IMG/VR virus record: IMGVR_UViG_3300038629_000369
DNA: 20,000 nucleotides
Source of the DNA: an uncultured virus (IMG/VR IMGVR_UViG_3300038629_000369)
Lineage: Duplodnaviria; Heunggongvirae; Uroviricota; Caudoviricetes
Strand: one strand, 5' to 3'
Below the pieces are notes generated by a model that worked only from the letters and a program-made list of their open reading frames with translations, did no database searches and was not told the origin of the DNA. The position numbers and the translations under genes are program-made. Position 1 is the stretch's first letter, and each line of letters opens with the position of its first letter. Shown one piece after another: positions 1-7,988 of this stretch.

Positions 1-268
1 TCGGATTGTCAGGATCGCGCTCCGTGCCGCAGTCCTCGTCGCCGCAGATACCCGTCAGCTCCGCGAGTGCTGACGACATGATCACGTTCACCGTGAGGCG
101 CCGAAAGCCCGCGTACGACGTCTCATGGTCGGGCGGGTCCTCGAAGTCGACGTGGTACTCATAGCTCGACAGCGCCGTTATGACGGCTTCGAGCATGGTG
201 TGCGCCTCGACCTCGACCTGCTTCGGGTCGCCGTGGTGCGGGTTCAGCTCGACAGTGTACTTACCCAT
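1..268 (-). CDS. Hypothetical protein, truncated at window edge (MGKYTVELNPH...)
   Basis: ATG at 268 after RBS AAGGAGG, overlapping the stop of the upstream gene; frame open to position 1 by manual translation. Confidence 0.7.
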   Translation of the reverse strand, partial: MGKYTVELNPHHGDPKQVEVEAHTMLEAVITALSSYEYHVDFEDPPDHETSYAGFRRLTVNVIMSSALAELTGICGDEDCGTERDPDNP

Positions 269-1058
269 TGGCGGCCTCCTTTTTTTCGACCTCAAAGGTC
301 TCGATGATGTCAGCAATCAGTAATTGCTGGAGTAGGGTTGCGAAGCGGTCAGCCGACAGAACCAGGGCGAGCGTCGCGTACTGGTGCGACTCGCCATGGG
401 TCGACACTTCCCCTCTCGTGAGCGTGAACGTCAGTGGAAGCTTCGCCAGTAGCTCGATGAGCTTCCGCACAGCGGTCTCACCGTACGCGCCGGTGCCAAA
501 GTGAATACCCTCGGCGCTGACTGTGAGCGTCTGGTCCACCCGTGGGTAGCCGTGGTCATAGTTGTTGCCGTGAGCGGTAATCGCCGGACAGCGAAGCGAA
601 GCGAGGCTTCGCCAGTGATCACTCGGATGCACATTGCGGTTTTCCAGAATCTGCATCAGTGCTTGGTGGTTGCGTTCCGTCTTGTCCGTTTCGATGCTGA
701 GCGCCGCTTGGTCCGCGGTTTTCATCTTGGCCATGTCACTCATCAGGCCGGCGATCTTGTCGATGTCAAAGCCGCCTTTGGGCTCCGGGAACTGCCGCTT
801 GTGGCCGTATCCGCCGAGCACGAAGCGCAGGTTGCCACTGAGACCACGGGTGTAGCCAGCGTGGCTATCCTCGGTCAGACGTACCGACAAAGAATGTCCG
901 TCAACCGCCCAGACGAAACGGACGGCAGCGGTCGCGTGGCCCAGCTCTCGGAGCTTGGCGCCGAGCATCCACGCAATGGCGAGCCGGCGCTCATCAACGT
1001 TCGGCACCGCCTTGCGGTGCCACTGGATATTCAAATCGCTCAGTTTGGTTTCAGCCAT
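261..1058 (-). CDS. Hypothetical phage protein, 265 aa (MAETKLSD...)
   Basis: ATG at 1058 after AAGGAGG, coupled to the upstream stop at 1051; the longer track start (1196) overlaps the upstream gene. Confidence 0.75.
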   Translation of the reverse strand: MAETKLSDLNIQWHRKAVPNVDERRLAIAWMLGAKLRELGHATAAVRFVWAVDGHSLSVRLTEDSHAGYTRGLSGNLRFVLGGYGHKRQFPEPKGGFDIDKIAGLMSDMAKMKTADQAALSIETDKTERNHQALMQILENRNVHPSDHWRSLASLRCPAITAHGNNYDHGYPRVDQTLTVSAEGIHFGTGAYGETAVRKLIELLAKLPLTFTLTRGEVSTHGESHQYATLALVLSADRFATLLQQLLIADIIETFEVEKKEAANG

Positions 1059-1071
1059 TGGCGGCCTCCTT
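265..1071. repeat. 17-bp direct repeat CCATTGGCGGCCTCCTT at 265-281 and 1055-1071 (gene-junction repeat)
   Basis: Exact match; two consecutive proteins both end in KEAANG. Confidence 0.9.
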
Positions 1072-1542
1072 CGCGTCCATTTCGCGGTGGTACTCAGCCA
1101 GCTCTTGGGTGCGCTTCGCGTCCAAGTAGCCCAACGCGATGGCCAGTTTGCGCACGAAGGTGCTCTCGAATCCGTGGCGGTCGTGCTTGAGTGCATCGGG
1201 CCACCACCAGTGCTCGCTCAGATCGTCGTCGGTGTAATCTTTGTACCAAGGGATCTGGTGTCGCAGCACCTTGATGAACAGTTTGATCATGAGCTTCTCG
1301 GCCGCAGCCGGCTCCAAAAAGATCACCTCGACGTCGTCGTCTTCGTCGGCTTCGTACACCGTTGCGGCGTCGTAAGCGCGGAGCAGTCCGGTGACGATGT
1401 CCTCAACGTCGCAGCCGGCAGGACCGTCGCCGAGTTGCGTGAGCAGCACCGCGTCGATGACCTGCTCGCGCAGGTTCTCTGCCTTCGGCAGCTCCGGCAT
1501 GCTCATCCAGCGGATGCACTCGGCCATTATGTTTTCGCTCAT
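1051..1542 (-). CDS. Hypothetical phage protein, 163 aa (MSENIMAE...)
   Basis: ATG at 1542 preceded by GAAAGGACATATCCCG; lies downstream of the motif copy at 1576-1606. Confidence 0.75.
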   Translation of the reverse strand: MSENIMAECIRWMSMPELPKAENLREQVIDAVLLTQLGDGPAGCDVEDIVTGLLRAYDAATVYEADEDDDVEVIFLEPAAAEKLMIKLFIKVLRHQIPWYKDYTDDDLSEHWWWPDALKHDRHGFESTFVRKLAIALGYLDAKRTQELAEYHREMDAKEAANG

Positions 1543-1575
1543 CGGGATATGTCCTTTCGGGTGTGCGGTGTGTCT

Positions 1576-1606
1576 CGCACCCTGCTCGACCGCGGTTGCC
1601 CGTTGC
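1576..1606 (-). promoter_or_regulatory. Repeated promoter-like motif, copy 1
   Basis: Minus strand GCAACGGGCAACCGCG GTCGA GCAG GGTGC|GAG; intergenic. Confidence 0.7.
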
Positions 1607-1630
1607 ATCCGTGGCCGAGCGCGGCGCCAG

Positions 1631-1867
1631 TCAGTCGACGTCGAAATACTTGCAGGCAGTCGCCAGCACGTGGTCGTAGTCGCCACTCAGCATTTCCTTT
1701 TGGAGCGCCGCCATCTGGTCGTGGCTCCAGCGTGCCTTGCGCGCTGCGCGCTTGCAGGCGCTGAGTACGGCGAGGGCGTGGCCGTCCCTTCCGGTCAGTT
1801 CGACTGAGGGCTTGGGGTCGCTGGTGGGAATGGTGGTTTCGGTCACTGCGGTATTCGTATTGCTCAT
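1631..1867 (-). CDS. Conserved small phage/MGE protein, 78 aa
   Basis: Pattern VELTGxDG(H/N)AxAVL...SGDYDHVLAT is typical of a widespread uncharacterised phage family; coupled to its neighbours. Confidence 0.8.
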   Translation of the reverse strand: MSNTNTAVTETTIPTSDPKPSVELTGRDGHALAVLSACKRAARKARWSHDQMAALQKEMLSGDYDHVLATACKYFDVD

Positions 1868-1869
1868 CT

Positions 1870-2016
1870 CTATCCGTTCCTTTCGATGTCACGACGCCAG
1901 CTGTTGCGGGCGTCTTTGCCACGCCGCTTGTTGCGGCTGGTCATGATCTTCATGCGGGGGTGACGCTTACGCATCGCTACCGCATACGGATTGCTCCGTT
2001 TGACGCGGCGTTTCAC
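1870..2016 (-). CDS. Small basic protein, 48 aa (VKRRVKRSNPYAVAMRKRH...)
   Basis: GTG at 2016 overlaps the upstream TGA (GTGA); GAGG upstream; fills the gap exactly. Confidence 0.6.
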   Translation of the reverse strand: MKRRVKRSNPYAVAMRKRHPRMKIMTSRNKRRGKDARNSWRRDIERNG

Positions 2017-2582
2017 GGCCGTGCCTCTGCACTGCACGCCGGGGCGCGCTGGACGCACGGGAGCCCTAGCGCCTCGATGGCGGCGAGCCGTGCTGCATCG
2101 CCCTCGGAGCGGCAGTCTTCCTCGCTGTGGAATCCGCCGCAGCTGTCCACCACATTGCCGTGGCGGTCCTCGATGACGAAACAGTAAATCTCTCCGCGCA
2201 GAAAGCGGTCGTAGTCGTCAACCTCGGCGACGAGGCACTCGGCAGCGCGCGCCAGCTCGACACCGATCTCGGTGAGCCGCTTGGCGGTCGTGTAGATGAC
2301 GCCCACGCGGCCGCTGTCCCAGCGGCAACCGAACGAGGTGGTGCTCATGCTGAGCCCGCTGTGATCCATGAGGTAGAGCGGCAACATGGCCACAGCACCA
2401 CACTCTTTGCGCAGGTGCTGCTCGATGGCTTCCCAGTCATCGAAATCGCTGTGATCCAACGCGAGGTTGTCGTCGCCAAGGCTGTAGCGCTGGTGGAAGC
2501 ACAGCATGGTGCCGACGTTGTCCCATTCGCGCGGCGACATGGGATCGGTGTCTTGCTCGACCCGAAGCTTGAATCTGTGCAT
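2013..2582 (-). CDS. Conserved phage/ICE protein, 189 aa (PREWDN...LPLYLxDHSG...WDSGxVG...DSCxGF family)
   Basis: ATG at 2582 after AGGAG; motif series recognised from uncharacterised phage/ICE proteins. Confidence 0.8.
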   Translation of the reverse strand: MHRFKLRVEQDTDPMSPREWDNVGTMLCFHQRYSLGDDNLALDHSDFDDWEAIEQHLRKECGAVAMLPLYLMDHSGLSMSTTSFGCRWDSGRVGVIYTTAKRLTEIGVELARAAECLVAEVDDYDRFLRGEIYCFVIEDRHGNVVDSCGGFHSEEDCRSEGDAARLAAIEALGLPCVQRAPACSAEARP

Positions 2583-2584
2583 CG

Positions 2585-3205
2585 CTATCTCCTGTTTGCC
2601 TGTTCGTTGAGTACATCGCGCAGCGTCTCGTGCGCAGTGCGCAGCGCCTTGCGTGTGAGCGGCGGCGTAGCCGCGCAGGGGCACGGCCCGTGGATGGGGT
2701 TGGTGTAGAGACACGCGCCCGTTGCCGGGTCGTGGCACGCCGCACCGTGAACGCAGTCACACCTCACCCCATGCTCGGGCGCGGTCGCCCGTTGCTCGGG
2801 GAGCTGCTCATCGGGGAGCTGCTCATCCGGATTCATGTAAACGGTCGCTTGCCAGTGACCCACGACACGCTTGTACGATGGGCCAGTCGACACGAGCTTG
2901 CGCCCAAGGTGTTGTGCCAAGAGCGCAAGCCCCTTCAGGGCGCCCGCGTTGCTGTGAGCGATGACGACCGCCGCGTGGCTGCCGGTGCGAGCGAAAACAA
3001 ATTCAGGTCGGTCACTCACAGCGCCAAAGTGTGGCGCATCTGGAATTCCCATTCCGGGACCGTCGATGTCGACCCGCTCGCCCGGCTCGAATTCGTCGAG
3101 CAGTGACATTGCGTCACGCTCGGTTGGCGTGTACTCGTCTTCGCACCACAACGGAAACGCCATGGTGCCATGTCGATGATGGTAGATCGCAAGCCACAGT
3201 TTCAC
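2585..3205 (-). CDS. Hypothetical protein, 206 aa, possibly a fusion; Cys/His-rich C-terminal module
   Basis: GTG at 3205 overlaps the VWA gene stop; contains a 15-bp tandem duplication (2796-2825) and an internal motif copy (2765-2795). Confidence 0.6.
   Translation of the reverse strand: MKLWLAIYHHRHGTMAFPLWCEDEYTPTERDAMSLLDEFEPGERVDIDGPGMGIPDAPHFGAVSDRPEFVFARTGSHAAVVIAHSNAGALKGLALLAQHLGRKLVSTGPSYKRVVGHWQATVYMNPDEQLPDEQLPEQRATAPEHGVRCDCVHGAACHDPATGACLYTNPIHGPCPCAATPPLTRKALRTAHETLRDVLNEQANRR
2765..2795 (-). promoter_or_regulatory. Repeated promoter-like motif, copy 2 (intragenic)
   Basis: GCAACGGGCGACCGCG CCCGA GCAT GGGGT|GAG. Confidence 0.65.
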
Positions 3206-4359
3206 AGCACAGCTCCTTGCATGGCGCCAATTTCGCCATCGCGCAGCTCCGCGCCGCCGATGGGGATGTATTCCTCCGCACGGGCCCGCAGTGGGTTGTC
3301 GCGGTCGATGGGACACTCCACCGCCACCGTCCAGAGCCGGGCGCCCAGCGCCTCGACGCGGTCGATAGCAGCCGTGTGGCGGCTGGTGATGTCCTCGACA
3401 CCATCCGTGATGAGGATGACGTCGGAGCCCTTGTTACCTTTCTTCGCGAGCCGGTCCACTTCGTCGGCGCCGTTCTCCAGCGCGAGCGCTGCGTCGTTGC
3501 CGCCGCCGAACCAGTGCTTGATCACTTTCATCAATCCGGAAGTGTCACCTACGGGCAGGTCCGTAATGTGCACGGAGCGCGACCAGTGCACCACCGAGCA
3601 GTGCCGTTCGTCCTCCCAAGCGGAGCGCACCAGTGCGATGGTTGCAGCCTTGCACCATTCGCCTCGCTCGCCGCTCATGGATCCCGATTCGTCAGCACAG
3701 ATCACGAGCGGTCCCTTGCTGCCGTCGTCCGTGCCGCGGTACTGGAATTGCAGCGCCTTGTGGTTAGCGAGGTTGTCGAGCAACAGGATCTCGGTCGGTT
3801 GACCGAGGTGAATCAGCTCACTGGGCAGTAGCCGCATGAGGTTGGAGCCCAGCTCCACGCTGTGCAAGTCCTCGGGCGCTGCCGCTACCTGCTCGCTCTT
3901 GGCGCGCTGTAGCTGGGCGAAGATACGTCCCGCCATTTTGGCGATCCGTACCATCTCGTCCGTCTTGTGGTCCGTGCGGAAGTCGCGGGTCGACTCCCAT
4001 GCGTCCGACTCGTCAAAGCCGAGCCCGTATTGGACGTCTGAGGCTTGCTTGGCGCGGTCAGCGAATGCGACCCATGCCTTGCGCGCCAGCTCACGCCGCT
4101 GAAACGGCGTTTCATGCTTGGCCACGTTCCAGTGAGCCCAAAGGCACTTGAGAGCGTAGGCGTTGGCCGTGCCGCCCAGCGCCAACACGCTGGCGTATTC
4201 GGATGGCGCAGTGTCCAGCGCTGCCTCGGTGTACGAGTCCAGCTCCGGGTCGCCGTCGCCCTTCGTGGCCATCCACAGAGCACGGGCCCCCGCGGGGTCC
4301 TGCTGGGCGCAATCGCGCACCACAGAATTGCGCTTACGCGCCTCAGACCATGTAGCCAT
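3202..4359 (-). CDS. VWA-domain protein (ViaA/CoxE-like partner of a MoxR AAA+)
   Basis: MIDAS-like DESGSM, GGGND and ITDG; GSNLMRLLPSEL segment typical of ViaA-like proteins; directly downstream of the ATPase; RBS GGAG (alternative TTG start at 4365). Confidence 0.88.
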   Translation of the reverse strand: MATWSEARKRNSVVRDCAQQDPAGARALWMATKGDGDPELDSYTEAALDTAPSEYASVLALGGTANAYALKCLWAHWNVAKHETPFQRRELARKAWVAFADRAKQASDVQYGLGFDESDAWESTRDFRTDHKTDEMVRIAKMAGRIFAQLQRAKSEQVAAAPEDLHSVELGSNLMRLLPSELIHLGQPTEILLLDNLANHKALQFQYRGTDDGSKGPLVICADESGSMSGERGEWCKAATIALVRSAWEDERHCSVVHWSRSVHITDLPVGDTSGLMKVIKHWFGGGNDAALALENGADEVDRLAKKGNKGSDVILITDGVEDITSRHTAAIDRVEALGARLWTVAVECPIDRDNPLRARAEEYIPIGGAELRDGEIGAMQGAVL

Positions 4360-4394
4360 TTTCAATTTCTCCGTTTGGGCGAGCCACCATGGCT

Positions 4395-4425
4395 CACACC
4401 CTGCTCGGTCGCGGTTGCCCGTTGC
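4395..4425 (-). promoter_or_regulatory. Repeated promoter-like motif, copy 3
   Basis: GCAACGGGCAACCGCG ACCGA GCAG GGTGT|GAG; overlaps a 19-bp-arm inverted repeat at 4400-4442. Confidence 0.7.
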
Positions 4426-4477
4426 AGCCGCGGTCGAGCAGGACGCCGGAGCCGTAGCTCCGAAGCGCCCCTTTGAA

Positions 4478-5692
4478 TCAGACCCGAAGGCCAGCCTTCA
4501 CTTCGTTGGCGAAAGCCGTTTTCATAACGCCCATTTCGCCCATGCGGCGCTTCACCTTGGCAGTGCCGCGCTTACCGAATTCGTTATTCTCGATGCGCTC
4601 TTTTATCGCGTCGCCGAGGTTCACCATTCGGGCGTTCAGCCGCAACAGCTTCGCGGGCCGCTCGGTCGGGTCAGTCGTGACGGCGTGGCCCTCGCGGAGC
4701 AGCTTGTCGATTGACTCGATGGCTTTCGCAGCCTCGCTGCGCTCCAGGGTGCGCAGCACAGCCAGCACCTTTTCACGCTGCTCGGGAGTGTCCCAAAGCA
4801 CGAAGCGCAGGATCTGCATGTGATCCACGTTCACGTCCGACTCGCCATCGAGCCAAGCGGCCGCTTTCAGCGCTTTCAGAAGCTTGACCGCACGACGATC
4901 GCTCATGACGATTCCGTCAGCCGCAAGCTTGCCCTTGATACTACGCAGCACCTTGACGATGTGCGCCGATATGGTGACCGTGTTGACGTCTGCGGCAATG
5001 GCGTCCAGCTCCGCTATGGTGAGCTGACACGGCACCGCGAACGTCGCGAGCGTACCGTCCGCTTTGGCCAGCAGCAGCGCCTCCCAAGCCTTATCGTCTT
5101 GGATGTAGCCGATCACGTCCCGGTACAAGAACCGGTCGTACAGCGCGCCCAGCGAGTCATCCTGTGGAAACTCGTTGCTGGCGCTAAAGCACGATCGCAG
5201 CGGTAGCTGGTGGACGATACCCTGCTCGCTGTATTTGCGCTCGTTGAGCGCGTTGAGCAGAGCGTTGAGGCTCAGCGTGTTCGCTTTCCAGATTTCATCC
5301 AGAAACACGATCTCCGCATCGGCAATGCCGCCAACGAGGTTACGTCGGTACACCTTTTCCAGCTGGAATTTAGCCAGATCCAGCGCTCCGAAAAGCTCGT
5401 CTGGTGTCATTGCCTTGTGCATGAGGCGACCGGCGAATTTGCTCGCCGGCTCCAGGCACTGAACGATCGTATCGATCAGCAGTGACTTGGCAGTGCCAGG
5501 CGGACCCATGGTGAACGTGTGCTCGTTGGTGACGAGCGCGGCGAGTGTCATTTCGACAGCCTCGTCCCGCTCCGTCAGAAACGCGCACATCGCGTCACGG
5601 ATCTGCCAGACTTTGGCACGCGCAGCCTCGACGTCTACGGCCGGAGCCGCTAGCGCCACGGCTGCGTTGCCGTCTGTTGCAGTGGTTTTCAT
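4478..5692 (-). CDS. MoxR-family AAA+ ATPase, RavA-like, 404 aa
   Basis: Walker A GPPGTAKS, Walker B IVFLDEIWKA, LNALLNALNER, sensor I ASNEFP, ALYDRF, sensor II SDRR. Confidence 0.93.
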   Translation of the reverse strand: MKTTATDGNAAVALAAPAVDVEAARAKVWQIRDAMCAFLTERDEAVEMTLAALVTNEHTFTMGPPGTAKSLLIDTIVQCLEPASKFAGRLMHKAMTPDELFGALDLAKFQLEKVYRRNLVGGIADAEIVFLDEIWKANTLSLNALLNALNERKYSEQGIVHQLPLRSCFSASNEFPQDDSLGALYDRFLYRDVIGYIQDDKAWEALLLAKADGTLATFAVPCQLTIAELDAIAADVNTVTISAHIVKVLRSIKGKLAADGIVMSDRRAVKLLKALKAAAWLDGESDVNVDHMQILRFVLWDTPEQREKVLAVLRTLERSEAAKAIESIDKLLREGHAVTTDPTERPAKLLRLNARMVNLGDAIKERIENNEFGKRGTAKVKRRMGEMGVMKTAFANEVKAGLRV

Positions 5693-5722
5693 ATCCAATG
5701 TTCCTCCGCGGTTGCCCGTTGC
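5692..5722 (-). promoter_or_regulatory. Repeated promoter-like motif, copy 4 (predicted +1 is the A of the ATPase ATG)
   Basis: GCAACGGGCAACCGCG GAGGA ACAT TGGAT|ATG. Confidence 0.7.
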
Positions 5723-5898
5723 CAGGCAAGCCACGAATCGAAAATTCAGAGTTGGCAGGATCGCCGTCCCCGATCGGCCCGCCAGGATTCGCAGGGCGTA
5801 TGGCCCTCAAGCGATGTTGCGCTGGTATCGGTCCCCTTTCGAGTGACCTCTACCAGCGATCCTGGCGAACCGATCGCGTGCGGCGAGCACGCTCATGC

Positions 5899-6177
5899 TC
5901 ACATGCCCATGGCACAGATCATGATGTAGCTGGCGAATTCGACCGGGTCGACGTCGCCGTTTTTCTTGTCGAGCGTGAGCTTCGCAATGCGCAGCCAGGG
6001 GCCACGCTGGCGCATCGCCCACGCACGTATCGAGTCGGATTCGACATGTGCGAGCGCTGCCTCTAGCAGCTGTGAGGCGTTGAGCGCGCTCAGCAGAACC
6101 TCGACGTCTACACGCTGGTCGTCCAGCGCTTCGTCGGCCAGGGCCATGGCCCTGGCGTTGTCAGTCTTGGCGCTCAT
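5899..6177 (-). CDS. Hypothetical protein, 92 aa (MSAKTDNA...)
   Basis: ATG overlaps the upstream TGA (ATGA). Confidence 0.65.
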   Translation of the reverse strand: MSAKTDNARAMALADEALDDQRVDVEVLLSALNASQLLEAALAHVESDSIRAWAMRQRGPWLRIAKLTLDKKNGDVDPVEFASYIMICAMGM

Positions 6178-6374
6178 CGCGGTGACAACGGCGGCAGATC
6201 GCCGCACGCCTTTCGGAAGCGTTCCACGTCGAAACGCGGGTTGTTCTCGCGACCCATGTAGATCGCCAGACTCACCATGCCGCGGATGAAAGCATCATTT
6301 AGCTCATCCTTGCCAGGCTTGACGCTGTGCGCGCGGATGTAGTCCGCCATCGCAACGAAATGCTTGCGTGTCAT
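6174..6374 (-). CDS. Conserved small phage protein, 66 aa (MTRKHF...NPRFDxERFxKAC)
   Basis: Strong RBS GAAAGGGG; motif typical of a widespread small phage family. Confidence 0.8.
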   Translation of the reverse strand: MTRKHFVAMADYIRAHSVKPGKDELNDAFIRGMVSLAIYMGRENNPRFDVERFRKACGDLPPLSPR

Positions 6375-6412
6375 TCGGATTTCCCCTTTCCGTGGGAGTG
6401 ATTGTAGTCGTG

Positions 6413-6443
6413 TCTCGCATGCGCCACAACGGTTGCCCGTTGC
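6413..6443 (-). promoter_or_regulatory. Repeated promoter-like motif, copy 5
   Basis: GCAACGGGCAACCGTT GTGGC GCAT; intergenic. Confidence 0.65.
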
Positions 6444-6487
6444 GGCCCATGAGGCACGCGGCTACGCGCTACGCAGGTTGCGCGGGC

Positions 6488-6775
6488 TCATCGCCAGCTG
6501 TCCAAGTCGCGAGCCAGCGCGGCGCGCTGTGCGTCGGCGATGTCATCCCGGTCGCATGGGAAGCAATCGGTCGCATAGCCGGCGCAGCACCCGAGCGTGT
6601 GACCGCACGTGCCGCAGCAATAGCCGCGCCACGTGTCGTCGTGCTGGTCCAGCTCCAGAATGGGCGATCCCCACCCCTCGCAATACTCCGGCAGCTTGTG
6701 TGCCGGTTCTACGCAGCCGTCACAGTAGGTCTGGCCGTCAAACAGCCACCCCACGACGCCAACGCCGGCGCTCAT
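6488..6775 (-). CDS. Cys-rich putative Zn-binding phage protein, 95 aa
   Basis: YCDGC, CGTC and CFPC motifs; ATGA overlap with the upstream gene. Confidence 0.7.
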   Translation of the reverse strand: MSAGVGVVGWLFDGQTYCDGCVEPAHKLPEYCEGWGSPILELDQHDDTWRGYCCGTCGHTLGCCAGYATDCFPCDRDDIADAQRAALARDLDSWR

Positions 6776-7293
6776 AGCGACCTCACAGCGCGGGGGGCGC
6801 TGGCGGTGACGATGGCGGCCGTCTGGAGCTTCGCGACGAGTGCGAAGCGATGCGCGGCGTTCGGGGTAATGTCGCCGTCCTCGGCGACGTGGCGCGGCCG
6901 GTAGGTCGGATGCGACGGCACCACGCTCGATGAGGCAGCGACGTTGCGCATGCGGGCAATCCCGGCGCAGCCTTGCACCTTTTGTGCCGCCTTGCTCATG
7001 TCGTTGAGTAGGACGGCATGGGGGCGCGGCTCGATTGCCGCGACGGCCGCGGTAGTCGGCTCAGGTGCCGGCTCAGGTGCCGGCTCAGGTGCCGGCTCAG
7101 GTGCCGGCTCAGGTGCCGGTGGCGCCTGGAGCGCGGCGTAGCGCGCCGTCAGCTCGCCAAAGTCGCCATACGAGCGGCTCTCGTATTGAGCCCTCGCAAG
7201 GGAGCTTGGAGCGGCGAGCGCTTGCGCTTCGTGCACGCCCTTGAAGGGCTTGCCATCACGCAGCGTTACCCGCCGGTATGTGTTTTCGTTCAT
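6772..7293 (-). CDS. Hypothetical protein with (APEP)5 linker, 173 aa; first gene of the left arm
   Basis: ATG at 7293 after GAGGA; in-frame 12-bp tandem repeat. Confidence 0.65.
   Translation of the reverse strand: MNENTYRRVTLRDGKPFKGVHEAQALAAPSSLARAQYESRSYGDFGELTARYAALQAPPAPEPAPEPAPEPAPEPAPEPTTAAVAAIEPRPHAVLLNDMSKAAQKVQGCAGIARMRNVAASSSVVPSHPTYRPRHVAEDGDITPNAAHRFALVAKLQTAAIVTASAPRAVRSL
7057..7119. repeat. 12-bp tandem repeat CGGCTCAGGTGC x5
   Basis: Five exact units at 7057-7116 plus CGG; encodes APEP on the minus strand. Confidence 0.97.
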
Positions 7294-7304
7294 GTTGTTG
7301 TCCT

Positions 7305-7384
7305 CACCACATGCTGTGTCGCGGCGGCTCGTTGCCGCCCTGTGCCGTGGTCTCACCCTATGCTGTGTCGCGGGTGCCCGTTGT
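7305..7384 (-). promoter_or_regulatory. Two tandem leftward motif copies (7305-7335, 7354-7384)
   Basis: GCAACGAGCCGCCGCG ACACA GCAT GTGGT|GAG and ACAACGGGCACCCGCG ACACA GCAT AGGGT|GAG. Confidence 0.65.
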
Positions 7385-7394
7385 CTTCGCGGCG

Positions 7395-7472
7395 TTATGC
7401 GTTACGGTAATTAGTCATACGTTACGATAATACTCATACGTTACGGTAATTCACATTATCGTAACGTATGAG
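7395..7472. repeat. AT-rich hub: four 17-bp elements TCATACGTTACG(G/A)TAAT, three direct (7395, 7415, 7434) and one inverted (7455-7471)
   Basis: Read directly; elements 3 and 4 form a 40-bp imperfect palindrome (7433-7472) at the exact point of transcriptional divergence. Confidence 0.93.
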
Positions 7473-7482
7473 ACCGTTCGCC

Positions 7483-7561
7483 GCAACCGGCAGCCGCGAC
7501 ACAACATGAGGTGACAGCACCGACACGGAGTCAACGGGGCGCCGCGACGGAGCATCACTTG
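7483..7561 (+). promoter_or_regulatory. Two tandem rightward motif copies (7483-7513, 7531-7561)
   Basis: GCAACCGGCAGCCGCG ACACA ACAT GAGGT|GAC and TCAACGGGGCGCCGCG ACGGA GCAT CACTT|GAG. Confidence 0.6.
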
Positions 7562-7597
7562 AGACACACACACAGCGCTGCGGCGCAACGGAGCAAC

Positions 7598-7927
7598 ATG
7601 AACAACTGTATCTTCAAGAACACCAAGCGCGGCGGCAAGCGCGTCGTGATGGGCCCCACCTCACTCGTGAAGGCGGGCGCCACCGTCACGGTGGACGGCG
7701 CCGACGTCGCCATCGACTCGGTCGGTCGCTCCTTCGAGCGTAGCGGCGTCGAATGCTGCTACGGCTACGGCGACTTCCCCAACGTCGCCGCGACCGCCGG
7801 GACCACGGCCCCCGCTGCCACCGACGAAATCGCTCAGCTTCGCGCTGAGGTCGCCGCTTCGGCCGCACAGGTCGCACAACTGCTCAGAGCGCTCGGCGCT
7901 GAGCAGGACGCTGCCGGGCCCGTCTAG
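7598..7927 (+). CDS. Hypothetical protein, 109 aa (MNNCIFKN...), C-terminal coiled coil; first gene of the right arm
   Basis: ATG at 7598 after GGAG; strong GC3 bias. Confidence 0.75.
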   Translation: MNNCIFKNTKRGGKRVVMGPTSLVKAGATVTVDGADVAIDSVGRSFERSGVECCYGYGDFPNVAATAGTTAPAATDEIAQLRAEVAASAAQVAQLLRALGAEQDAAGPV

Positions 7928-7988
7928 CAGCAACACAACCCAGGACGCTGGGCCCCTCGTGGGCCCTGCCTCCTGGCCGGTGCCCGTG

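Noticed and set aside
5807..5902. 31-aa ORF (VSMSVLAARDRF...)
   Set aside because: Coupled start is plausible, but it is too short and featureless to support.
7395..7472. CRISPR array
   Set aside because: Units are 17 bp with 2-4 nt gaps and one is inverted; no spacers and no cas genes. The dispersed CAAC motif is also not regularly spaced.
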